Source: a virus
Taxonomy: Duplodnaviria; Caudoviricetes
IMG/VR virus record: IMGVR_UViG_3300013383_000002
Location: 32,001-96,000 of that record
Reading direction: 5' to 3' (one strand)
Length of the DNA stretch: 64,000 nucleotides
The translations under genes were made by a program, and so were the position numbers. The stretch's first letter is position 1. Every line of letters starts with the position of its first letter. Below, one piece after another: positions 50,583-58,482 of this stretch. A model generated the notes under the pieces. It saw only the letters and a list, made by a program, of their open reading frames with translations, was not told the origin of the DNA and searched no databases.

Positions 50583-50657
50583 GCGGGTGTAGTATAATGG
50601 TTATTATGTCTGCCTTCCAAGCAGAAGATGGGGCTTCGATTGCCTTCACTCGTTCCA
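50583..50657 (+). tRNA. tRNA-Gly(TCC), second copy
   Basis: TCTGC-CTTCCAA-GCAGA; CCA end. Confidence 0.88.
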
Positions 50658-50741
50658 CCGCCCCATGGGAAGTTTGCCTCCAATAAGTCTCATGACCACT
50701 ACTAGATTGCACTAGTTGACTGAATAAAGGTGGTTTTATAT

Positions 50742-50818
50742 GCACTTGTAGCTCAGTTGGTAGTAGCAATTGCCTTTTAAGCAATGGGTCGGGCATTCGA
50801 GTTGCCCCAAGTGCACCA
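50742..50818 (+). tRNA. tRNA-Lys(TTT)
   Basis: GCACTTG/CAAGTGC; ATTGC-CTTTTAA-GCAAT; CCA. Confidence 0.92.
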
Positions 50819-50953
50819 TTTTATTTGGAATCAATAGCTTGTCCACCTTTGGGCGGCCCGTAATAGCCGGACATTTGAAAATTTCTTCTCGTAAATGTTT
50901 GAAATTTTTCTGATTTTTTGATATAATATTTACAGAAAGTGAGGGAAACGAAA

Positions 50954-51118
50954 ATGGAAACTGAAACTCCGAGGAAGCCCGAAGAAAAGAAAATGTCTCC
51001 CGAACAACTTGAGAAGTGGACGGCGCTCCGTAAGAAATGTCAGGTCTTTCCTTCTCGGAAGCCTTATACCAGAAAAGTCAAGCACAAAAATCGTGAAAAA
51101 GAAAACTCTGAAACTTGA
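50954..51118 (+). CDS. small basic protein with ArfA-like YxRKxKH motif
   Basis: Own promoter (50899-50927); 54 aa ending FPSRKPYTRKVKHKNREKENSET. Confidence 0.55.
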   Translation: METETPRKPEEKKMSPEQLEKWTALRKKCQVFPSRKPYTRKVKHKNREKENSET

Positions 51119-51156
51119 AAACCTCCTAAATTTTTGATATAATATTTATACAGAAT

Positions 51157-51198
51157 GAGAGAGGAACTGGTCTTTTCCTTTCTACCAGTTCCTCTCTC
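51157..51198 (+). other. perfect 14-bp hairpin just downstream of a promoter
   Basis: GAGAGAGGAACTGG ... CCAGTTCCTCTCTC; no poly-T tail. Confidence 0.6.
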
Positions 51199-51230
51199 GC
51201 TAAAAGTCCTAATGTGGCTTACTTAAACCA

Positions 51231-51485
51231 TCCGATGTAGTTCAACTGGATAGAATACCGCATTGATAAAGCGGAGCTTCCGGCCTTCGGGTGGTTGGTA
51301 AGCAGTCCCAAGCCTGCGTAAACACAGAGGGAGACTAATAGCGACGTTATGGTTGCAAACATAGCGTTCAAAACTTCGAGACAGGCAAGTCTTCAGCAGT
51401 GGATGTCTGATGAAACAACGACGGCGAAGGAGTCGCGACCTTCGGAGGAGCCGAGATAAACCTACGGGTGGAACCGCCATCGGAG
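51231..51485 (+). ncRNA. tRNA-Ile(GAT)-like RNA with ~190-nt insertion in the variable region
   Basis: TCCGATG (51231) pairs perfectly with CATCGGA (51478); canonical D-arm and GAT anticodon arm; weak T-arm at 51464-51477. Confidence 0.55.
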
Positions 51486-51705
51486 AAAAAGGAGTTTGTT
51501 AGTCACACCAGTTTCGTGGTTCTGGAACAAAACCGCCTGGCGCAACTCCTATGGCGCTATATAAGTAGAATAGGCGTAGTCTGACATGACGAGACGTTCA
51601 GAAGTTTCGATGCGTGGGCTTATCTATAAAACTCATGCTGGGTCTTTGGGCCTTTTACCTCCTGTGTGAAACAAAAGGCTCAGACTTTTATAATTGGTGT
51701 ATTGA

Positions 51706-52302
51706 ATGAAGAAATGGGAGAATTTTTCTAGAGAAGAAATTGAAAATTTTGTAAAAGAAAGTCGTAGCTATCGTGATTTGGCACTAAAATTAGGTTATGG
51801 CAGCGCGATTGCTATTATAAAGTCAATGACTCAAGAACTAAATTTAGACACTTCTCATTTCACTGGTCAAGGTTGGAATAAGGATAATTTTGATTATTCA
51901 AGATTTCAATATGGAAAGAAAATTCGTGGAGCCACTATGATTCAAGCATTGACAGCTTTGAAAGGTTGGAAATGTGAGAATTGTGGATTGACAGAATGGC
52001 AGGGACAGAAAGCACCTCTTGAAGTTCATCACATAGATGGCGATGAACTGAATTCTGTTTTAGAAAATCTTCAAGTCCTTTGTCCTAATTGCCATGCTTT
52101 GACTGATAATTATAAAGGGAGAAATCAAAAGAAGCAAGGCGGTTTGAAAGTGTCCGAAGAAGTTCTAGTAGAAGCTTTACGCGAAGCTCCAAATATTCGT
52201 CAGGCGCTACTTCGAGTAGGACTAACAGCAAAAGGCGCCAATTATATTAGAGCAAATGAACTTATTATAAAATATCAAATAGAAAAGCATCTGAAAAAGT
52301 GA
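51706..52302 (+). CDS. HNH endonuclease within the tRNA cluster
   Basis: CENC...LEVHHIDGD..N....NLQVLCPNCH. Confidence 0.9.
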   Translation: MKKWENFSREEIENFVKESRSYRDLALKLGYGSAIAIIKSMTQELNLDTSHFTGQGWNKDNFDYSRFQYGKKIRGATMIQALTALKGWKCENCGLTEWQGQKAPLEVHHIDGDELNSVLENLQVLCPNCHALTDNYKGRNQKKQGGLKVSEEVLVEALREAPNIRQALLRVGLTAKGANYIRANELIIKYQIEKHLKK

Positions 52303-52305
52303 TAT

Positions 52306-52390
52306 CTGCGCGTGGTGGAAATGGCATACACATCTGGTTCAAGCCCAGATGCCTTAGGGATTAAGAGTTCGACTCTCTTCGCGCAGACCA
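52306..52390 (+). tRNA. tRNA-Leu(CAA)
   Basis: CTGCGCG/CGCGCAG; loop TTCAAGC; long variable arm; CCA. Confidence 0.9.
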
Positions 52391-52470
52391 ACCAGTATTA
52401 TTGCTGGTGGGAATGCTACCAAAAGTGCATCCTTGGTCATGGGAGGTTGTAGGATAAATGACCTAATATT

Positions 52471-52540
52471 GCGCTGGTCGTCTAAAGGTAGGACATCGGA
52501 CTCATTATCCGAAGACAACGTTCGATTCGTTCGGGCGCAA
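52471..52540 (+). tRNA. tRNA with CAT anticodon (Met/Ile2), atypical
   Basis: TCGGA-CTCATTA-TCCGA; 4-bp T stem; no CCA; followed by a ribozyme. Confidence 0.7.
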
Positions 52541-52596
52541 GACATCTAAAAGAGAATACCTCCACGTGGTAGATGTCGGGTAACGCTAAATTCTCT
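52541..52596 (+). ncRNA. theta (minimal HDV-like) self-cleaving ribozyme
   Basis: P1 GACATCT/AGATGTC, P2 AGAGAAT/ATTCTCT, P3 ACC/GGT with loop TCCACGT, GG for P1.1, catalytic C in GCTAA; sits directly 3' of a tRNA. Confidence 0.85.
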
Positions 52597-53203
52597 TTGT
52601 ACCTTGAAAATAAAATACTTTAGAACTCGATGATAAACACTCCGCGACTAGGAGTGTCGAGGCGTCTTGGAAAGAGGATGGCAGACAACGAGCAAGGATA
52701 CTTGCAGATACTGACCAGTGCGCGCGACGTGAGTTGCGTGCCATAGAGGATGAACTCCCAATCCCACGAGACGGCATTGGGGTCAACGCAAGTAAAGGTA
52801 GGACGCGCGTCGCTAACGTAATAGAGGCTCTCAAGATAATTGAGGCTGAATCCTAATCTCCCTTAGCTGGTGACTGTGGGCGGAGCAATTTGGTTAGGAA
52901 ATAACCACAAGTTAGTTTGCTGTGAAGCGAAGAAATTCGTGTATAAGACGTGTATGAGAACTCTGAGTAGCCAAAGGCAAGCTCGTATATTATTTTTACA
53001 GCTATTATTATTGGAAAATGCTGAATGGTTGGTGAAAGGTTCTGGTAATCAATCCAGAAAAGACTATGCGCACGAAAGTGCGGCTATGAGAAGTATGCGC
53101 GGGACGCTGTGTATGCTCAGCCTCATGGTGCTTTTGACTGAATATGCTTGAAGTTGATTTCGGTAGGTTGAAGAACCCAAAGTATTTTATTTTCAGGGTA
53201 TAA
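52597..53203 (+). ncRNA. ROOL-like large ornate RNA (~607 nt)
   Basis: ~24-bp terminal helix TACCTTGAAAATAAAATACTTT/AAAGTATTTTATTTTCAGGGTA; internal GAGTAGC, GGTGAAAG, GGTAATCAATCC, GCTCAG and GACTGAATA motifs; no credible ORF. Confidence 0.7.
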
Positions 53204-53259
53204 GCCCTTTCGACGGACAGGAACGTTGGAAATTTTGAAATGATAGGAGAGGAACTATT

Positions 53260-53550
53260 ATGGCAAGATTTTATAGTGATATTACAAACAAGCTTTATGA
53301 CACCATGGCTGACCTAGAAGGAGCTGAAAAGTCTTTTATCGAGGCTAAGGAAGAGAAGAAGAGAAAGGAGCAGCAGAAGGCTGACGAGCGTAAGGCTCGC
53401 GCGCAGGAAGTTGAGGAGCTTCGTAAGGCATATATTGATGCCCGAAAGAATTACACTGATGCCCTTCAGCATTTTTGTGATGATTATGGAACTTTCCACA
53501 CTTCCGTTTCTTCTGATAATCTTTTTGATTTTCTTTGGAGCTGGATGTAA
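53260..53550 (+). CDS. hypothetical coiled-coil protein
   Basis: RBS; followed by a terminator. Confidence 0.75.
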   Translation: MARFYSDITNKLYDTMADLEGAEKSFIEAKEEKKRKEQQKADERKARAQEVEELRKAYIDARKNYTDALQHFCDDYGTFHTSVSSDNLFDFLWSWM

Positions 53551-53558
53551 GATTGAAT

Positions 53559-53587
53559 GGCGCCCTTAGATGGGCGCTTTTCTTTTA
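53559..53587 (+). terminator. intrinsic terminator
   Basis: GGCGCCC TTAGAT GGGCGCT TTTCTTTT. Confidence 0.75.
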
Positions 53588-53608
53588 TAAAGAAAGAGAG
53601 GAAATATT

Positions 53609-53809
53609 ATGACACTTTATTTTGACAATGGATTTGAGCCAAGACGCCCCCTGGGACATCCGAGCACTAAGCAAAACGCGTATCGTTTGATTTATGAATT
53701 TTTAGAGAAGAATAATTATAAGGCGCCGTATACAAGAGAGTGGACAAATGACATCAATGAAACTTGGATTGATGTTGGGAGCCATACCGAGTTTTTTATT
53801 TGGTGCTAA
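53609..53809 (+). CDS. hypothetical protein
   Basis: RBS; ends WIDVGSHTEFF. Confidence 0.7.
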   Translation: MTLYFDNGFEPRRPLGHPSTKQNAYRLIYEFLEKNNYKAPYTREWTNDINETWIDVGSHTEFFIWC

Positions 53810-53881
53810 ATTGATTGAGTTTTTATGGTACGTGACCACTTAGAAACAGAAAGGAAATATATCCCAGAAAAGGAGAATAAA

Positions 53882-54520
53882 ATGAAAAGAAATGAAGACC
53901 TCGGACTACTTCCGCTAGTCCAAATTCCGGAAAGCGCGAATTATTCACTCCCCGATGATAATCTCCTGTCGTTCTACAATGATTTGGAAGAACGATTACT
54001 TTGGGTGACAGATGGAATTGATAGCTGCTCTTTGAATATTATCCATTATATTTTGAAGTGGAATCGTGAAGATAAAGGAATTGAAGTTTCCGCGCGGAAG
54101 CCTATCAGACTTCTTATTTTTAGTCCCGGAGGCGAATTAGATGTTTTTACTGCCATTGGCAACATTATTCGTCTTTCAAAAACTCCTGTCATTGGTATCA
54201 ACATTTCTTGTGCTTATAGCGCCGCGGCGATGATACTTCTAATGTGCCATAAGAGATACGCTTTGAGTAATGATGTTTCTGTTCTTTTCCATCAGGGAAG
54301 TTGTTCTGGTATTCAGGGAACTTATGACCAGATTGCTAACTTTATGAAGGAATATGATGAGCAGGTTGCTCGTCTTTCTCAGGTTATTCTTGATAGAACT
54401 TCGTTTACAAAAGAAGAAGTAGATGAAAAGATGAAAAGTGACTGGTATGTGTCCGCGCGCGAAGGAGTCGAGCGTGGTGTATATGATGGTATCATTTCTT
54501 CTATTGATGAACTAATCTGA
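53882..54520 (+). CDS. clpP: ClpP-family protease
   Basis: IFSPGG, AYSAA (catalytic Ser), LFHQ (His), DWY..A.E...G..D. Confidence 0.85.
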   Translation: MKRNEDLGLLPLVQIPESANYSLPDDNLLSFYNDLEERLLWVTDGIDSCSLNIIHYILKWNREDKGIEVSARKPIRLLIFSPGGELDVFTAIGNIIRLSKTPVIGINISCAYSAAAMILLMCHKRYALSNDVSVLFHQGSCSGIQGTYDQIANFMKEYDEQVARLSQVILDRTSFTKEEVDEKMKSDWYVSAREGVERGVYDGIISSIDELI

Positions 54521-54530
54521 GGAGGTCTAA

Positions 54531-55361
54531 ATGGACTATACAGGAATTAGAGAAGTTTCGCTTAGTCAAGAAGAGTTAGCGCAATTTTATCAAGGGGAGT
54601 ATCCAATTCCCAACTTATTGGAGAACCAATACGTTTTTCTTCGTGGTGAAACGGGGGAAGTTGTGGATAAGCTCTTCTGGCGCGCAGGAAAACTTGAAAG
54701 AGTTCCTTATACTGTTTTTTCTTCTGATTTTATGGGAAAAATAAAGCCACGCAATCCAGAACAAGAGTGCGCCTTTCACCTTTTACACAGTCAAAACATT
54801 AGAGTAAAGTTGATTACTGGCCGATTTGGTTCTGGCAAATCCATGAGTATGATTGCGCAAGCTGTTGAAGCATTAGATAAGGGTGTAGTTGATAAAATAG
54901 TCTATGTTCGCAACAATATTGCTGTGCGCGACACCACTGAGCTAGGGGCACTTCCTGGATCAGAAATAGACAAATTATTACCATATTTGATGCAGTTCGC
55001 AGACCACGTCGGCGGCAAAGAAGCTCTTATAAGAATGATTTCTGAGGAGAAATTAGAACCAATTCATCTAGGATATTTGCGCGGACGAGACATCAGAAAT
55101 TCGATTATTTATGTTACAGAAGCACAAAATCTAACAGTAGACCATATCAAATTACTCCTTGGGCGAGTTGGAGAAGGGTCTTATCTTTATCTTGATGGAG
55201 ATTTTCACGCGCAAATTGACCGTTCTGTTTTTGAACGTTCTCCCGGCCTGAAGAGACTAATCGAGGTTTTAGCGGGTAATAAACTGTTTGGTTATGTAAA
55301 TCTAGTAAAGTCAGAGCGTTCTGAGGTTTCTGCCTTGGCTGATTTACTAGATGAGAATTGA
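54531..55361 (+). CDS. phoH: PhoH-family ATPase
   Basis: PRN.EQ, GRFGSGKS, GALPG, YLRGR, EAQN, GD..QID, RSE. Confidence 0.9.
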   Translation: MDYTGIREVSLSQEELAQFYQGEYPIPNLLENQYVFLRGETGEVVDKLFWRAGKLERVPYTVFSSDFMGKIKPRNPEQECAFHLLHSQNIRVKLITGRFGSGKSMSMIAQAVEALDKGVVDKIVYVRNNIAVRDTTELGALPGSEIDKLLPYLMQFADHVGGKEALIRMISEEKLEPIHLGYLRGRDIRNSIIYVTEAQNLTVDHIKLLLGRVGEGSYLYLDGDFHAQIDRSVFERSPGLKRLIEVLAGNKLFGYVNLVKSERSEVSALADLLDEN

Positions 55362-55449
55362 AAAACCAGCACCGAACTTCCTGCGGCGCTGTTTTCATAT
55401 GTCGTAGGGAGAGGGCGTAAGTCCTCTCCTTATTTTATGGAGTGATACA

Positions 55450-57123
55450 ATGGCAAGTCAATCCGTTTACTGGAAGAAATATGATAGGTCAAAAATTTTT
55501 TCTCAAATGGATGTTTTCTATAATTATCTTGGAGACGACCCCGCGCGCCCAAAATTGGCAGCTCTAAAATGGATGGCGGAAGATAGTTTTGGACGTCATT
55601 TGAATCAAATAAGGACAATCTCAAAGAACGTTGAGCCGTATCGGCGCATCGCTGAGGCAGAAAAAGAAAAAGAATTAGCGCTTTTGCGCGAAGTGTTCGG
55701 TCAAGACCTTCATATAAATCTTCAAGATAAAAATGATGTGAAGATGCTGATTGACGCTTTGAATAGCGTTCTGAACATAAAAGATGTATATGAAAGAAAT
55801 TTGAGGACTTTAGAACTTTCAAAGGGTGGCGCAAAAAGCGTTATTTCTTTTTTCCCTACTTATTTTCTTCAAGTGTGGGGCGAACAATGGGAAGACATAT
55901 ACTCCGCTACCTGCGAAACCTTTTCAAAGGGTGGAATAACAGTAGAAAACGCATTGAAAAAGGAAATCAACAGTAGGATAGATGGTATTACTATTGAGGC
56001 CATTGAGAGAATGTTGAGTGCCAAAGCTGAGATGAAAGGAATGCGCGAATATGATAAATACAATGGGGCTTACCGTGAGCTTTTAGAAGCAATAAGAAGT
56101 GTTCCAAAATATCGTAATGAAATTTTAGAAAGAATTCGTTCTATTTATCAATTAGACAAGATAAGTGAAGATATTTCAAATCAATTGAAAGGAAAAGGCA
56201 AAGCAGTAACACGAAGTCAAATTAGTAAAAAGCTGAAGACTTCAACCAAAAAGCCAATATCAGTCCAATCAGCCTCGCGTGGAGGATTGACATTGGAGGC
56301 TATTGAGAAGATGATTTTCAATCTGGTAGGAGATAGAGTTGAGGTAGGTCGTGCGGTTCATACCGGCCAAATAGGAAATATGAAAGCGGACAATATTCTT
56401 ACCATTGGAATCGATAGCGGAATTATTGAAGAATGGCTAGAAGAAATGGCTTATACTTCTGGCTCATCGCGCGCGGATAATATTGAAAGAATTCGGCAGC
56501 TCCAAGAATTGACACAGCACGCCGATCGAGGATTTATTGTCTATTCTAGTGATAAGAATTATACATTGAACCAAAGATTTCGTGATCAATTTGGTTTTTC
56601 AGCTGGTTCTGCGATATCCGCCCAGTCATTTTATGATGTTACGCGCAACATAAACAAAAATGCGCGCACTTTCACTGGACTTCTTGTCAATACCATCAGT
56701 GGTGCTATCATGGATAATGAAGGAGTGCGCGATCATCTGGCCAATACTATCGCAGAAGACATTGCCGCAATGCTTTTTGATGATTACCAGACAATTGGTG
56801 ATTTTAGAGGGAATACCGGTGCGCGCGCTATACACATAATGAATTTGGGTAATATAATGATACCACTTTCGGTTTTTCTAACAATGTTTGCTAACGCAGT
56901 CGAGCGGGCGAAAAGTGACCCAGAAGACTTCGTAAAGGTTGCTATCATGATACCTGAAATTGAATTCAAAACATATTCACAGCAGTTGGAGTGGCAAATA
57001 AGAAAAGGAGCCACACCATCCGATGCTTGGAGCTATCAGCGCACTCAGGCTCTCCAAAAAACTCGTATTTCTATAAATTTCTTCCGCGAATTTCGCTCAT
57101 TTCTTCTAAGTCTAGGACAATAA
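55450..57123 (+). CDS. large hypothetical protein
   Basis: 557-aa ORF with GGAG RBS; no recognised motif. Confidence 0.75.
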   Translation: MASQSVYWKKYDRSKIFSQMDVFYNYLGDDPARPKLAALKWMAEDSFGRHLNQIRTISKNVEPYRRIAEAEKEKELALLREVFGQDLHINLQDKNDVKMLIDALNSVLNIKDVYERNLRTLELSKGGAKSVISFFPTYFLQVWGEQWEDIYSATCETFSKGGITVENALKKEINSRIDGITIEAIERMLSAKAEMKGMREYDKYNGAYRELLEAIRSVPKYRNEILERIRSIYQLDKISEDISNQLKGKGKAVTRSQISKKLKTSTKKPISVQSASRGGLTLEAIEKMIFNLVGDRVEVGRAVHTGQIGNMKADNILTIGIDSGIIEEWLEEMAYTSGSSRADNIERIRQLQELTQHADRGFIVYSSDKNYTLNQRFRDQFGFSAGSAISAQSFYDVTRNINKNARTFTGLLVNTISGAIMDNEGVRDHLANTIAEDIAAMLFDDYQTIGDFRGNTGARAIHIMNLGNIMIPLSVFLTMFANAVERAKSDPEDFVKVAIMIPEIEFKTYSQQLEWQIRKGATPSDAWSYQRTQALQKTRISINFFREFRSFLLSLGQ

Positions 57124-57184
57124 TTTGAAATTCAAAAAAATTTGTGGTATAATATTTCCAGAAAATAAAAAGGAGAAAAGTACC

Positions 57185-57841
57185 ATGAAGCCTTCTTTTG
57201 AATTAGTTCGTTCTATTATTGAAGAGTTAGAAGAAGAGACCGAATTTGGACGTCTTTATGATTATGCGCTTCTTGGCGCGACTGATATTAGCAGTTGGAT
57301 TTATGAAGTCGAAGATTTCTCTGATCTTGTACTAAAACATGGCTGTACTAAGATTGTTGTAGAAAGTCCGAAAATTAGCGAATGGGTTTTGAAAATCCCT
57401 AGAATTACAAAGACTGATGAAAATTATTGCGAGACTGAAGTAAATAATTACAAGTTGGCTTGTAAAATGGGGCTTGAGAAATTTTTTGCGCCAACTTTTT
57501 TCTTTTGTAATGTTGATAATATTCCTATTTATATTCAGAAGAAAGTTTTTTGTTGTGAAGGGGATGTTAGTGAAAGTTTCTATCTCTGGATGGAGAAGCA
57601 AATGATCGAAGAACGATACAACTATGAGACAGATGATGAATTTGATGATGCTGTCTATAGTGCTTCGCAAGAGCTTAGTCTTCAGGAAACACTGCGCGCG
57701 ATGTTTGAAGAGACCGATGAATGGAATACTATTGATGATCTTTTCTGTTTTTGTAATCGATATCATATCAATGACCTTCATTCCGGAAATTTTGGATATG
57801 ATAACGGGCGCGCGATTATTATCGACTTTTCTGGATTTTAA
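57185..57841 (+). CDS. protein-kinase-like fold protein
   Basis: VLKIP, E, DLHSGN (catalytic loop), IIDF; own promoter at 57125-57153. Confidence 0.65.
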   Translation: MKPSFELVRSIIEELEEETEFGRLYDYALLGATDISSWIYEVEDFSDLVLKHGCTKIVVESPKISEWVLKIPRITKTDENYCETEVNNYKLACKMGLEKFFAPTFFFCNVDNIPIYIQKKVFCCEGDVSESFYLWMEKQMIEERYNYETDDEFDDAVYSASQELSLQETLRAMFEETDEWNTIDDLFCFCNRYHINDLHSGNFGYDNGRAIIIDFSGF

Positions 57842-57919
57842 TTCTTTTGAGAGACTTAATCCTAAAACTACTTTAGACTAGGCTCTACCATCTCGCAAAA
57901 AAAAGAAAAAGGAGGAAAA

Positions 57920-58471
57920 ATGAAAGTAAGAAAGTTTTTTATTGCTTTTCTACTTTCTTTTCTTCTCTTCTCTAATGTACACGCGTTCAATCTCAATAGC
58001 TTTGATAAGGTTGGCGCGCGTCTCGCAGTTACGCAATATGAACTATTAAAAGTTTCTAACGAAGTTATTTTGAAAACTTTTCAAATCCCCAGCGTCCCTG
58101 CGAATGGAGAAATGCCAAAGAGCGGGGAAGAAATAGAGAAAGAAGAAAGTGAAATTGAAATTCTAGCAAAATTACTGTTTTGTGAAGCTGGCGCGACATC
58201 TTGGGATTGTCAGGTTTATGTTTGCTCGGCCATTCTAAATTTGGTCGACTACACGGGTCGCTCAATTTGGGATATCGCGCACGATATCAACACAATGGCA
58301 GTTGCGCCATATGTTGATTATGTATCACCACTTCCAACGCAGTATAATGTAATTGATTATGTTATGGACGAAGGAAGAATTGAAGGAGTAACATTCTTTA
58401 GAACAGATTATTACCATCCTTTTGGGACTCCAGTCTGTTCAATTGAAAATGTTTATTTTTCTGCTCCTTGA
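57920..58471 (+). CDS. secreted cell-wall hydrolase (SleB/Hydrolase_2-like)
   Basis: Signal peptide; ILAKLLFCEAG...V...ILN; C-terminal FF...YH...IENVYF. Confidence 0.75.
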   Translation: MKVRKFFIAFLLSFLLFSNVHAFNLNSFDKVGARLAVTQYELLKVSNEVILKTFQIPSVPANGEMPKSGEEIEKEESEIEILAKLLFCEAGATSWDCQVYVCSAILNLVDYTGRSIWDIAHDINTMAVAPYVDYVSPLPTQYNVIDYVMDEGRIEGVTFFRTDYYHPFGTPVCSIENVYFSAP

Positions 58472-58482
58472 GAGGAGGGATA

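Noticed and set aside
51405-51420. Hammerhead ribozyme (CTGATGA...GAAA)
   Set aside because: No stem II between CTGATGA and GAAA, and no matching stems I or III.
51231-51485. tmRNA
   Set aside because: It keeps a D stem and anticodon arm, lacks the G3.U70 alanine identity, and the internal frame does not end in an Ala-Ala-type degron.
51643-51686. Second theta ribozyme or anti-SD switch (loop ACCTCCT) before the HNH gene
   Set aside because: It forms only a simple hairpin, with no P1/P2 pseudoknot and no complementary SD downstream.
49237-53151. ORF-track ORFs across the RNA island (e.g. 49406..49762, 50071..50460, 52870..53151)
   Set aside because: They overlap tRNAs and structured RNAs, and lack RBSs and protein-like composition.
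49190-53210. RNase P, SRP RNA or rRNA fragments
   Set aside because: No GAGGAAAGUCC/ACAGAA..GGCUUA pair, no SRP helix-8 motif and no rRNA signatures were found.
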